Source: Gammaproteobacteria bacterium | GTDB taxonomy: Bacteria; Pseudomonadota; Gammaproteobacteria; Eutrophobiales; Eutrophobiaceae | Direction: 5' to 3' | NCBI GenBank assembly: GCA_965222155.1 | Contig: CBDCTH010000012.1 | Coordinates: 3,168,001-3,232,000, forward strand | Length of the DNA: 64,000 bases | Shown: positions 1 through 8,504 of the stretch, in pieces | Numbering within the stretch: the stretch's first letter is position 1 | How the letters are laid out: each line of letters begins with the position of its first letter | Notes under the pieces: model-generated | What the model saw: only the letters and a program-made list of their open reading frames with translations | Database searches by the model: none | Told to the model about the DNA's origin: nothing | Translations under genes and position numbers: made by a program

Positions 1-58
1 AACCGTGTTCGTAGTCCTTATGTACCAGTTCCTCAACGCTTGTTGTCTCGTCTGTCAT
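1..58 (-). CDS. sufB: Fe-S cluster assembly protein SufB, N-terminal fragment (runs off window)
   Basis: ATG at 58 reads MTDETTSVEELVHKDYEHG, resembling the SufB N-terminal Y-x-x-GF segment; lies directly downstream of the iscA/sufA gene. Confidence 0.6.
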   Translation of the reverse strand, partial: MTDETTSVEELVHKDYEHG

Positions 59-61
59 GGT

Positions 62-421
62 CTACTCGGGATTTGTCTGGTTTTCGGAAATACTGAAACT
101 CTCACCGCAGCCACAGGTTTCGCTTACGTTGGGATTATGGAAGCGGAAGCCTTCGTTCAAGCCCTCCCTGACGAAGTCCAGTTCCGTCCCGGCCAGATAG
201 CGCAGACTCTGCTCATCAACGACCACGGTGACGCCGTTTGTTTCAAATGCCGTGTCGTGTTCATTCACTGCCTGTGCCGCCTCGATCACGTATTGGTACC
301 CGGAGCAGCCCGTAGGTTTCACAGCGACCCGCAACCCGACTCCTTCGGCGTTATTGGCCAGGTAATTTTTCACGTGCACTGCAGCGCGATCGGTTAATGC
401 AATTTCGTTATTCGACATCAT
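62..421 (-). CDS. iscA: A-type Fe-S carrier (IscA/SufA, HesB family)
   Basis: GCSG-x-x-Y and NPN...CGCGESF motifs. Confidence 0.93.
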   Translation of the reverse strand: MMSNNEIALTDRAAVHVKNYLANNAEGVGLRVAVKPTGCSGYQYVIEAAQAVNEHDTAFETNGVTVVVDEQSLRYLAGTELDFVREGLNEGFRFHNPNVSETCGCGESFSISENQTNPE

Positions 422-443
422 TCACCTCTATTGTCAGGGGCGA

Positions 444-893
444 TCACATACGTACAAGGACATGATCCTGCCTGGCTGAAACCTGCTTCACCGTACCCTG
501 CTGGACCAGGTCGGACAGGCTTATATCACTGAGAAAGTTTGTAATATGCAGGCTGAGGTCTTCCCACAGGTCATGGGTCAGACAACGTTCGTCAGCCTGG
601 CAGTTTTTATGGCCGCCGCAACGTGTGGCGTCGACCTGCTCATCCACGGCGCGAATCACGTCAGCCACGGATATGTCAGACCGGGCTTGCTGCAAACGGT
701 AGCCACCGCCGGGACCCCGGGCGCTGGCAATCAAACCCTGTTTTCGCATACGCAGGAACAACTGCTCCAGGTAGGATAAAGAGATCCCCTGACGTCTGGA
801 TATATCCGTCAGATTGACAGGCCCCAAGTCTTCATGTAGAGCCAGGTCCAGCATAGCTGTAACGGCATATCGGCCTTTCGTTGTCAAACGCAT
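444..893 (-). CDS. iscR: Fe-S cluster transcriptional regulator IscR (Rrf2 family)
   Basis: [19 protein letters not shown]-terminus, SYLEQLF, RGPGGGY, C-x5-C-x5-CLTH ligands; start moved to ATG 893. Confidence 0.95.
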   Translation of the reverse strand: MRLTTKGRYAVTAMLDLALHEDLGPVNLTDISRRQGISLSYLEQLFLRMRKQGLIASARGPGGGYRLQQARSDISVADVIRAVDEQVDATRCGGHKNCQADERCLTHDLWEDLSLHITNFLSDISLSDLVQQGTVKQVSARQDHVLVRM

Positions 894-931
894 AACAGGT
901 GTCCTGCAGGTTAAAGGGCGCACAGCTTTAC

Positions 932-982
932 ATATCCGACTAATTTAGTCAAGTATTTTTTCCGACTAAAATAGTCAGGTAT
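932..982. promoter_or_regulatory. Two tandem IscR type-1 operators
   Basis: atatccgactaatttagtcaagtat (932-956) and ttttccgactaaaatagtcaggtat (958-982) match the GACT-N5-AGTC type-1 IscR box; immediately upstream of iscR. Confidence 0.85.
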
Positions 983-1007
983 TAGTCATGTTGTAACTAT
1001 TTGATGA

Positions 1008-1622
1008 TCAGGTATTTCTATCTCCATAACGAAACAGGTACCAGGAACCGATGCTCCTGTAGGGCCGCCAGCTCTCGGATACTTTCAGAATCGCTGTCAT
1101 GTCCTCGGGCGGGATCCCATAAGCCGACCCAATAGCTTTCCGTAATGCCAGATCCCCAATCGGAAACATATCCAGCCGTGACAGACCAAACATTAAATAT
1201 ATATCCACCGTCCAGTCGCCGATACCTTTGACCTGTTTCAACTCCCGGCGAATGGTGTCGTCGTCTTCAGACTGCAATTCCGTGAGATTCAGTGAGTTGT
1301 TTTTGATTCTGCTGCTCAGGTCCCTGATGTAGTCACACTTTCTTGCAGAAAGTCCGGTTGCCCGAAGCTCTCTATCGCGTTTTTCGAGCACTCCTTCGGT
1401 TGTGATCTTACCTTCAGGGAAGAGCGCCCGAAATCGGGCGATAATGGTATCCGCTGCCGCTTTTGATAGCTGTTGACTGATAATTACACCCACCAGAAAA
1501 TTGAGGTCGGCACGACGTCCCGTCAACCCACATGCGCCGATTTCACTGATAATTGTTCCTAATCGCGTATCTCTTTTCTGCAGGTAGTCAGTAATATCGG
1601 CATAATTCGGCATATCAGTCAC
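1008..1622 (-). CDS. DNA-3-methyladenine glycosylase (AlkA, HhH-GPD family)
   Basis: IISQQLS, HhH motif LKQVKGIGDWT, PIGDLAL, WRPYRS. Confidence 0.9.
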   Translation of the reverse strand: MTDMPNYADITDYLQKRDTRLGTIISEIGACGLTGRRADLNFLVGVIISQQLSKAAADTIIARFRALFPEGKITTEGVLEKRDRELRATGLSARKCDYIRDLSSRIKNNSLNLTELQSEDDDTIRRELKQVKGIGDWTVDIYLMFGLSRLDMFPIGDLALRKAIGSAYGIPPEDMTAILKVSESWRPYRSIGSWYLFRYGDRNT

Positions 1623-1703
1623 TCAAGAGGAATCCGGCTTGACACCCTTCTTTGAACAGGATGGATTAACCTGGATATTGCATTTGTCGGCGCTATATCG
1701 AGG

Positions 1704-2294
1704 TCAGGTTTGTTCCTGTTGTGTATTCCTTATCAGGCGTTCCAGGCGTAGCTGGGGTAGGGCCCACTGCGGGGATAATTCGATGGCCTTGCGATAGTCG
1801 GCCGCGGCATTATCAAATTCCTTATTGTTTTCATAAGCCATAGCGCGGTTGAAATGGGCAATGTGGTTTTTCGTCAAGGTCAGTTCAATGGCGGTGGTGT
1901 ACTGTTGTATCGCCACGTCATACTTCTGACCCAGCAGGTAGAGGTTACCCAGGTTCACATAGACCTCGCCAGTTTCCGGCCCCAGTTCAATAGCGGCCCG
2001 GTAGTCTTTAAGCGCTTGTTGATGGTCCTCCATGGCGCCGTACAGGATGCCGCGGTTGACGTAAGTGGCCAGCAGGTCCTTGCGGGTTAAGCGCCCATAG
2101 AGAATCGCCTGGTCACATTCCTGAATATCCTCCCTGGATGCGGAGTTCAGCTGGATGGCAAGGGTGGAAGCCATGTAACAGTTGCGGGCGTACGAACCAC
2201 CGCCGATGACGCTCATCGACTGGGTGTGAGCGTTCATGGATGAGAAAATAAGAATGGGTAGCAACACCCGTAAAATAAACCGGAGTGTAATCAT
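1704..2294 (-). CDS. Exported tetratricopeptide repeat protein
   Basis: Signal-peptide-like N-terminus; TPR motifs YVNRG, YVNLGN, HFNRA; GAGG RBS before ATG 2294. Confidence 0.8.
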   Translation of the reverse strand: MITLRFILRVLLPILIFSSMNAHTQSMSVIGGGSYARNCYMASTLAIQLNSASREDIQECDQAILYGRLTRKDLLATYVNRGILYGAMEDHQQALKDYRAAIELGPETGEVYVNLGNLYLLGQKYDVAIQQYTTAIELTLTKNHIAHFNRAMAYENNKEFDNAAADYRKAIELSPQWALPQLRLERLIRNTQQEQT

Positions 2295-2412
2295 TCGGAG
2301 CACCTCTTGTCTGACTTTTATCCAATTATAGATAAAAAACACCTGTCTCACCATGTTATAGTTACCCGCCGACAATCCTCCGATATGTCAGGAAACCGGG
2401 AAGAAATAACAA

Positions 2413-3117
2413 ATGATCGACTTATATTACTGGCCCACCCCCAACGGCTGGAAAATCTCAATCATGCTGGAAGAATGCGGGCTGGAGTACCGACTGATAC
2501 CGGTAGATATAGGGCGTGGAGATCAATTCAAACCGGAGTTTCTGGCCATCAGCCCCAACAACCGCATGCCGGCCATCGTTGACCATGACGTGGACGGGGA
2601 ACCGATCTCCGTGTTCGAATCAGGTGCCATACTGACGTACCTTGCCGAGAAGACCGGCCGTTTCCTGCCGGCAGACCTGCGCGCCAGGCTACAGGTCATG
2701 CAATGGGTATTCTGGCAGGTAGGCGGCCTGGGACCCATGGCAGGCCAACTCGGCCACTTTACCAATTACGCACCGGAGAAAATCGAGTACGCCCTGAAGC
2801 GCTATGGCGATGAATACAACCGCCTGTTAGGTGTCATCGAAAAGCAGTTGGCAGGCAAGGATTACCTGTGCGGCGATTATTCCATCGCCGACATGGCCTC
2901 CTGGCCCTGGGTTGTGGTACATGAGCGGTTGCGCCAGTATCTGAACGAGTTTCCCCGTGTCTCGGCCTGGGATGAGCGGATGAAAGCCAGACCGAAAGTG
3001 GCCGTCGGCAAAGAACTTGGCAAGGAATTACGGCGCCCGCTGGAGAAGGATGATGAAGCCCGCAAAATGCTGTTCGGACAGACCGCTGCGTCGGTAACCG
3101 AAGCCGCTGCCGGGTAA
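2413..3117 (+). CDS. Glutathione S-transferase (YfcG/YghU nu class)
   Basis: TPNG, ISPNNRMPAIVD, FESGAIL, YSIADMA motifs. Confidence 0.92.
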   Translation: MIDLYYWPTPNGWKISIMLEECGLEYRLIPVDIGRGDQFKPEFLAISPNNRMPAIVDHDVDGEPISVFESGAILTYLAEKTGRFLPADLRARLQVMQWVFWQVGGLGPMAGQLGHFTNYAPEKIEYALKRYGDEYNRLLGVIEKQLAGKDYLCGDYSIADMASWPWVVVHERLRQYLNEFPRVSAWDERMKARPKVAVGKELGKELRRPLEKDDEARKMLFGQTAASVTEAAAG

Positions 3118-3147
3118 ACAATAAAAAAATAAAAAAACGGAGCTGAA

Positions 3148-4179
3148 ATGGGCCAACAAAAACAACCATCCCCCGAACTTTTCCTCGATGCCGTTATGGC
3201 GTATCGTGATTCCGCGGCAGTGAAGGGAGCAGTGGAACTGGACGTGTTTACCGCCCTTGCCCAGGGCGTGGACACGGCGCAGGGTCTGGCAAGGCATTGC
3301 CGGGCCGATAAACGCGGCATGCGTATCCTGTGTGATTATCTCTGCGTGATGGGCCTGCTGGAGAAGTCCGGTTCAACCTATTCATTGACCGTAGATTCGG
3401 CAGTGTTTCTGGACCGGAATTCTCCCGCTTTCATGGGGGACGTCGTGAACTTCCTGCTGGACCCGTTTTTTGTCAGGGATATCGGCGACGTTGCCAGGGC
3501 GGTCAGAAAAGGTGGCGTAGCGACCTCGGTGGAGGGTTCCGATGAACCTAACCACCCTATGTGGGTGACGTTCGCCCGCTCCATGACCGGTCTGAACCGT
3601 AAACCGGCCATGTTTCTGGCCGACCTTGTCATAGCTAATCTTGCCGGGGTGAACGAGCAGGAGCAAGTCAAGGTACTGGATATCGCGGCAGGCTCCGGTA
3701 TATTCGGTATCACCCTGGCGGAAAAACACTCGCGGGCTGAGATTACCGCGGTAGACTGGTCTAACGTCCTGGAAGTGGCAAAGGAAAACGCGGAGAAAGC
3801 CGCACTGGGTGACCGCTATAAAACAATTCCCGGTAACGCGTTTGAGGTTGATCCCGGAACAGTGTACCAGGTGATTTTACTGTGCAATTTTCTGCATCAC
3901 TTCAACCCGGCAACCTGCTCTAAGTTTTTACGGCGCATGAAAGCTGCGCTGGCCGCTGACGGTAAGCTTTACGTACTGGATTTTGTCCCCAGTGAAGACC
4001 GAATTTCGCCGCCCTTCGCCGCGACGTTTTCCATGCACATGCTGCGCCAGACCGTCGCCGGCGATGTATATACTCTCTCGGAGTATAAGGATATTTTTGC
4101 CGCGACTGAACTGCAAATCGATGAAGCCATGCCGGCATCCGACACTCCTTACACTGTCCTCGTTGCAGGCCATAAATAG
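3148..4179 (+). CDS. SAM-dependent O-methyltransferase family 2
   Basis: N-terminal dimerisation helix region, VLDIAAGSG motif I, NFLHHF. Confidence 0.88.
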   Translation: MGQQKQPSPELFLDAVMAYRDSAAVKGAVELDVFTALAQGVDTAQGLARHCRADKRGMRILCDYLCVMGLLEKSGSTYSLTVDSAVFLDRNSPAFMGDVVNFLLDPFFVRDIGDVARAVRKGGVATSVEGSDEPNHPMWVTFARSMTGLNRKPAMFLADLVIANLAGVNEQEQVKVLDIAAGSGIFGITLAEKHSRAEITAVDWSNVLEVAKENAEKAALGDRYKTIPGNAFEVDPGTVYQVILLCNFLHHFNPATCSKFLRRMKAALAADGKLYVLDFVPSEDRISPPFAATFSMHMLRQTVAGDVYTLSEYKDIFAATELQIDEAMPASDTPYTVLVAGHK

Positions 4180-4318
4180 TTGACCCTGAAAAACCCTGTT
4201 TCAGGTTGGCATTGAAGCCCCGTGATACCAAAACCGGAACTATCAGTCCAGGAAAAATGCAGCTTACATAAATATAATCAACAGGTTAGAATAGCTTTTG
4301 GGGTTATTCAGGGACGAC
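4179..4318. mobile_element. 140-bp MITE derived from the local IS5-family element
   Basis: Terminal IRs gttgaccctgaaaaaccc / gggttattcagggacgac; about 100 bp closely match the IS5 end at ~43050-43152 and, inverted, 27559-27660. Confidence 0.8.
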
Positions 4319-4328
4319 TAAATAAGAA

Positions 4329-4412
4329 AAGGGGACAGGTTTATTTTCCAATGTTATATTCATCTTCCATCGATCATCTTAAACAGTCCGGGAAAAATAA
4401 ATCCATCCCCTT
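4329..4412. repeat. REP-like inverted repeat pair (GGGGACAG-TTTATTT type)
   Basis: aaggggacaggtttattttcc ... ggaaaaataaatccatcccctt; related palindrome at 52401-52424. Confidence 0.6.
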
Positions 4413-4416
4413 TATC

Positions 4417-5250
4417 ATGTCCGTCAAAGACGAGTTGCTAAGCCTGGTGGAAACCGTGGCGGAAAGTACGGAGCTTCCGCTGATTGACTGGGTATTTATC
4501 CCGGAGCCCAACCCCGGTCCGGGACGTAATACCGAATTCGGCATCGTCACGCTTCAGGACGGTTCCGCCGGTCTTTACTATGCCTGGCTGGGCGATTCAC
4601 AGAAGGGCATGGGCAGCCGCTATGAGCCCGATGAGTTTATCGGCAGGCATCCCGTTGAACTGGTGCGGTATTGCGCGGGTGACGACGAGGCGGATTGCTC
4701 TCTGGGACTGGCTGCCATCAACGCCATCACCCGGTATATTTACCGGAAGGCGGATTTCAGTCCGCAGGACGCGCCGGATTCAATGGGCATACTGGATATT
4801 TCCGCCGCTGACCACGTCGGTATGGTGGGGTATTTCCCCTCCCTGGTACGGCGGCTCAAAAATCAGGGCATTAAACTGACGGTCATCGAAAAAAAGCAGC
4901 AATTCCATAAGCAACAGGAGAGTTTCACGGTTACTGCAGACGCGGCCATGCTGGGTGACTGCAACAAGGTGATCATTACGGCATCCACCTTGCTGAATAA
5001 TTCAATTGATGAAGTGCTGGCTTATTCGGGACGGGCGCAGAGGCGGGTGATAATCGGTCCGACTGCCGGTTTTTTTCCGGACCCGTTGTTTGCGCAAGGC
5101 ATCTCTGCACTCGGGGGTTCAGAGATCCGAGCCGCTGAACAGGCACGGCAGCGGTTAAGCACAAACCAGGGCCTGGGGGAGAGCGCCCGTAAATTTTTAA
5201 TCGCTGAACCTGAATACCCTGGACTGGAGCAGATAATGCAGGGTTTGTGA
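4417..5250 (+). CDS. DUF364-type Rossmann-like domain protein
   Basis: GLAAINA, VGMVGYFP, ITASTLLNNSID, IGPT motifs; start moved to ATG 4417. Confidence 0.8.
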   Translation: MSVKDELLSLVETVAESTELPLIDWVFIPEPNPGPGRNTEFGIVTLQDGSAGLYYAWLGDSQKGMGSRYEPDEFIGRHPVELVRYCAGDDEADCSLGLAAINAITRYIYRKADFSPQDAPDSMGILDISAADHVGMVGYFPSLVRRLKNQGIKLTVIEKKQQFHKQQESFTVTADAAMLGDCNKVIITASTLLNNSIDEVLAYSGRAQRRVIIGPTAGFFPDPLFAQGISALGGSEIRAAEQARQRLSTNQGLGESARKFLIAEPEYPGLEQIMQGL

Positions 5251-5253
5251 CCC

Positions 5254-5397
5254 CAAATATCACTGTTCCAATCGCAGACAGACGCCCGACACGCTTTCCA
5301 GCTTGCGTTTGACCAGGAGTACGTGGAGCGGGATTGTTTTGGGCACCAAAACCTAATCATCGTACCGGCCAGAACATTTCTGGCGCAGCTGGTCTAG
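5254..5397 (+). pseudogene. Orphan C-terminal remnant, resembling the end of AAA+/DUF4143 ATP-binding proteins
   Basis: Start-less frame QISLFQSQTDARHAFQLAFDQEYVERDCF...VPARTFLAQLV*. Confidence 0.45.
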
Positions 5398-5713
5398 CTC
5401 GCATATCTCACCAATGGATGCGATGATCGCGCCGGATTTTTGCGGCTGGCAGGTGCCTGCGACCGAAAGCATAGTGGTGGCTCTGGTTGAGGGACAAATT
5501 GTCAGGACAGACAATTTGCACGGCGACAGCCGCCCGCAGGGTTGCGCACAGGGATGGGCGCAATGAACACGTGCCTGCCAGCCGCAAAAAGACAAGCGAG
5601 GGCGCATCCAGCGCAGTGTGTGATGGTAGTAAAAGTGATATGATCACTGTAGCTTATTGACAGCAAAGAGTTTTCCGTTGATGACAAGCGAATTGGTGAG
5701 ATATGCGGGCTAG
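5394..5713. mobile_element. MITE family A, copy 1 (opposite orientation; carries a 72-bp internal insert)
   Basis: TIRs ctagctcgcatatctcaccaat / attggtgagatatgcgggctag; internal homology to 14782-15042 and 19146-19391. Confidence 0.85.
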
Positions 5714-5839
5714 GCGTGAATCAATTGGAATAATAAGCCGGCTCTGCCTTAGCGCCTGCCGGTGCAGGATTCGTCGGTGCTGTAACCGACTGGATTCCCG
5801 CGTAAATGAGGGTGGCCCTGTAAGCACCGGAGGGCTGTC

Positions 5840-7654
5840 TTATCGCAGGTATTCTTCAGTGTAGAGTAAGAGTTCGATGAGACGCTCAAGCAACTGTTCG
5901 CGGGGCAGGCCGGGGAAATTCTTGTTGATCATTTCTTTAGCGAAAAGCCGGGTGATGTAGCGTAATTTCAGCGCCTTGGACTTTTTCGAGGCGAAAATGA
6001 AGTCGCGGTGGCCGTTGTTGACGACGATAAGGTTCTGGTCGGCGTCATAGCGCGAACGCCAGAGTTGTCCCGGCGCATGATCAAAGGTGTAGCCTGGTAA
6101 TCCGTGACGGCTGCCTGAACGTTCTTTTGTGTCGGGGAGTAACGAGTCGGTAACCGTAATGAGGGCTTCGGCCGCGCAGACGGTTTCATTTTGTGCCGCA
6201 GTGACGCCGATGCGCACCAGTCCCGGCTCATCGTGCGCGTGATAGGTCACAAACTCAGAACCGGCTTCATCCAGGTCGCCCGCGCCTTCCAGAATGCGCC
6301 AGGAAATGCTCAGGTTCTCTTCGATCATGTTGCTGTTTCGGTCGCGAGCAATTGCCCTGAGTTTACGGGAATTGCCGACAGCCAGGGCGCATGTACTTGG
6401 TGAAATTCGTACGCTGTGAAGCGGCCCGGCATATTCAAAAAACTGTTTCTGGCGGTTCGCTAACTCATTATTTAACTCTGTGACGGGCAATGCGCTCACA
6501 CTCTCATCATCTTGCTCTCCTGCCTTTGCCGACCCGCCCGTTGGGGCAGCCCGTTTGCGGATATTAATATCAAACCAATCATATTCTTCTGCCGGCAATG
6601 CCAGCATCGCCTCGCGGAAAGCACGCCGGATGGCGCGCAAAGTGTCACGACTGGTGCGTTCTTCTTCCGCGTACTTCTGTTCCTCAATGATCTCCGTCAG
6701 CTTTTTCGCCACCGGCAGCATGGATTGCACAAAGGACTCGAACAGTTCGTCCTGGATAATCCCGGTCCGTGTTGACGGTGTAAGGCTCAGAAACGGCGCG
6801 TCCACGATGCCTTGCAGAAATCTCTCATTCCAGGGAGGACATTGAAAGGTGTCCAGCTGAGTCAGCGAGCTCAGAATGCGCGTTCCTGACCGATACAATC
6901 CTACCTCGTTTTCAGCCTCGGACTCGTTCAGGTACAACTCGGTATAGATATCGCCATGCATGCTTTTGGCTTCCGGCAGGTTATGCAGCAGTTGCCCGGT
7001 AAAATCGCGCGGCTTGACGCTGTACTCTTTGCGCGCCTGGCGGTCGATTACCTTGATATGTACGCCGGATTGTCGAATCCGTTCCCGTAGTTCCGAGGCG
7101 AGGTACCACTGGATCTTCTCACCGCTTAACTGGCGGATACCCGGGAGTAAGGGCCTTATTTTGAGCCGGGTTCCAGGCTCCGGGATGAGCGTGCGCCGCT
7201 TTACAATACTATAGCTTGGATCCCCTTTACGCATCCGCATTTCATATATGGTTTCGTCGGCGCCGGCCGAACTCATGGCAAGTTCCTCCCCCACAGTCCA
7301 GAAACTCAGCAGTCCGATTCCGAACTCGCCCTGAATAGCCCGATCGCCGTCAAGCTTTAGCCGGCGTTTGATGGAATCACAGATATGGGTGCCGACGAAA
7401 TGAAAGTCGGGGATCCCTTCCTGGGTTCTTGGTACGCCTTCGCCGTCATCGGCAACCATGAGGAAATGTTCTTTCTGTTCACGCCCCCGGGTAATGGTTA
7501 CCCGCCTTGCCCGGGCATCGATGCTGTTTTCGACAAACTCGGCGATGGCCTTGAGCGGGTTTTCCTGTGACAGGGCAATAATGGTGATCGCATTCCATGC
7601 GTCACCAATCTTGAGGCGTCCGGAATCCTTATTTCGTGAAGACCTGCGATTCAC
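5840..7654 (-). CDS. GHKL (MORC/Hsp90-like) ATPase with C-terminal Ig-like segment
   Basis: AEFVENSIDA, DDGEG, GEFGIGLLSF, GT boxes of the GHKL fold; beta-rich VRISP...ISW...G...YHA segment. Confidence 0.75.
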   Translation of the reverse strand: MNRRSSRNKDSGRLKIGDAWNAITIIALSQENPLKAIAEFVENSIDARARRVTITRGREQKEHFLMVADDGEGVPRTQEGIPDFHFVGTHICDSIKRRLKLDGDRAIQGEFGIGLLSFWTVGEELAMSSAGADETIYEMRMRKGDPSYSIVKRRTLIPEPGTRLKIRPLLPGIRQLSGEKIQWYLASELRERIRQSGVHIKVIDRQARKEYSVKPRDFTGQLLHNLPEAKSMHGDIYTELYLNESEAENEVGLYRSGTRILSSLTQLDTFQCPPWNERFLQGIVDAPFLSLTPSTRTGIIQDELFESFVQSMLPVAKKLTEIIEEQKYAEEERTSRDTLRAIRRAFREAMLALPAEEYDWFDINIRKRAAPTGGSAKAGEQDDESVSALPVTELNNELANRQKQFFEYAGPLHSVRISPSTCALAVGNSRKLRAIARDRNSNMIEENLSISWRILEGAGDLDEAGSEFVTYHAHDEPGLVRIGVTAAQNETVCAAEALITVTDSLLPDTKERSGSRHGLPGYTFDHAPGQLWRSRYDADQNLIVVNNGHRDFIFASKKSKALKLRYITRLFAKEMINKNFPGLPREQLLERLIELLLYTEEYLR

Positions 7655-7712
7655 TATGAAGTATTACAAAATTGTACCCGGGCGCCGCACGACACATACG
7701 CGCAGGGTTTTT

Positions 7713-8444
7713 TCAACTGTGCTGATTCGTGTCATCCGTAGATGTCCCCTGTTCCAGTTTTTTCTTCAACTCCTCCATTTCCTCGTCCACCTTGTGCATG
7801 TGGTCAAGCAAGGCGTCGATGGTGTTCTGGACCGGGTCGGGCATGTCCTGGCTGCCGCCATAGGCGTCAAAACCGATTTTCCTGGCCATGGCTTCCCGTT
7901 GCGCTTTTTTCAATTTCTCTTCGGCGCGCGATTCCCGCACCATCACGCGTCCCGGTATGCCGACCACGGTGGCATCGTCAGGCACGTCCTTCACCACCAC
8001 CGCGTTGGAACCGATCCTGGCGTTAGCGCCCAGGGTGATGGGCCCCAGCACCTTGGCGCCGGCGCCGATGATGACGCCGTCTTTCAGGGTCGGGTGGCGT
8101 TTCCCTTTTTGCCAGGTTGTGCCGCCCAGGGTGACGCCGTGATAAATGGAGCAGTCATCGCCGATCTCCGACGTTTCGCCGATGACGATGCCCATGCCGT
8201 GGTCAATGAAAAGCCGACAGCCTAAATTGGCCCCGGGATGGATCTCAACGCCTGTAAGGAAACGCGACAGGTGCGCGCTGAAACGGGCGAACAGGTAGAG
8301 CTTTTTTGTCCACAGCCAGTGATTCAGGCGATGCAACAGGATCGCATGGAAGCCGGGGCAGGCTATCAGCGTTTCCAGCGCGCTGCGGGAAGCCGGGTCT
8401 CGCTCAAAGACCACCTTTATATCTTCTTTTATGGTTTCAAACAT
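7713..8444 (-). CDS. cysE: Serine O-acetyltransferase
   Basis: ERDPA, EIHPGA, FIDHGMG, GVTLGGT, KRHPT hexapeptide repeats; start moved to ATG 8444. Confidence 0.95.
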   Translation of the reverse strand: MFETIKEDIKVVFERDPASRSALETLIACPGFHAILLHRLNHWLWTKKLYLFARFSAHLSRFLTGVEIHPGANLGCRLFIDHGMGIVIGETSEIGDDCSIYHGVTLGGTTWQKGKRHPTLKDGVIIGAGAKVLGPITLGANARIGSNAVVVKDVPDDATVVGIPGRVMVRESRAEEKLKKAQREAMARKIGFDAYGGSQDMPDPVQNTIDALLDHMHKVDEEMEELKKKLEQGTSTDDTNQHS

Positions 8445-8504
8445 GATTGGTCTGTTACCGGTTGTCAGGTCCCAACTGGTATTACATCGGTCTGTCAATG
8501 CTAA

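Noticed and set aside
4222-4416. N-terminal extension of the DUF364 ORF
   Set aside because: It runs through the IS5 MITE and the REP-like repeat; ATG 4417 fits the family start better.
5353-5687. Short ORFs over MITE A copies (also 14821-15075 and the 19251 extension of folK)
   Set aside because: They are translations of the repeat element, and similar peptides recur at each copy.
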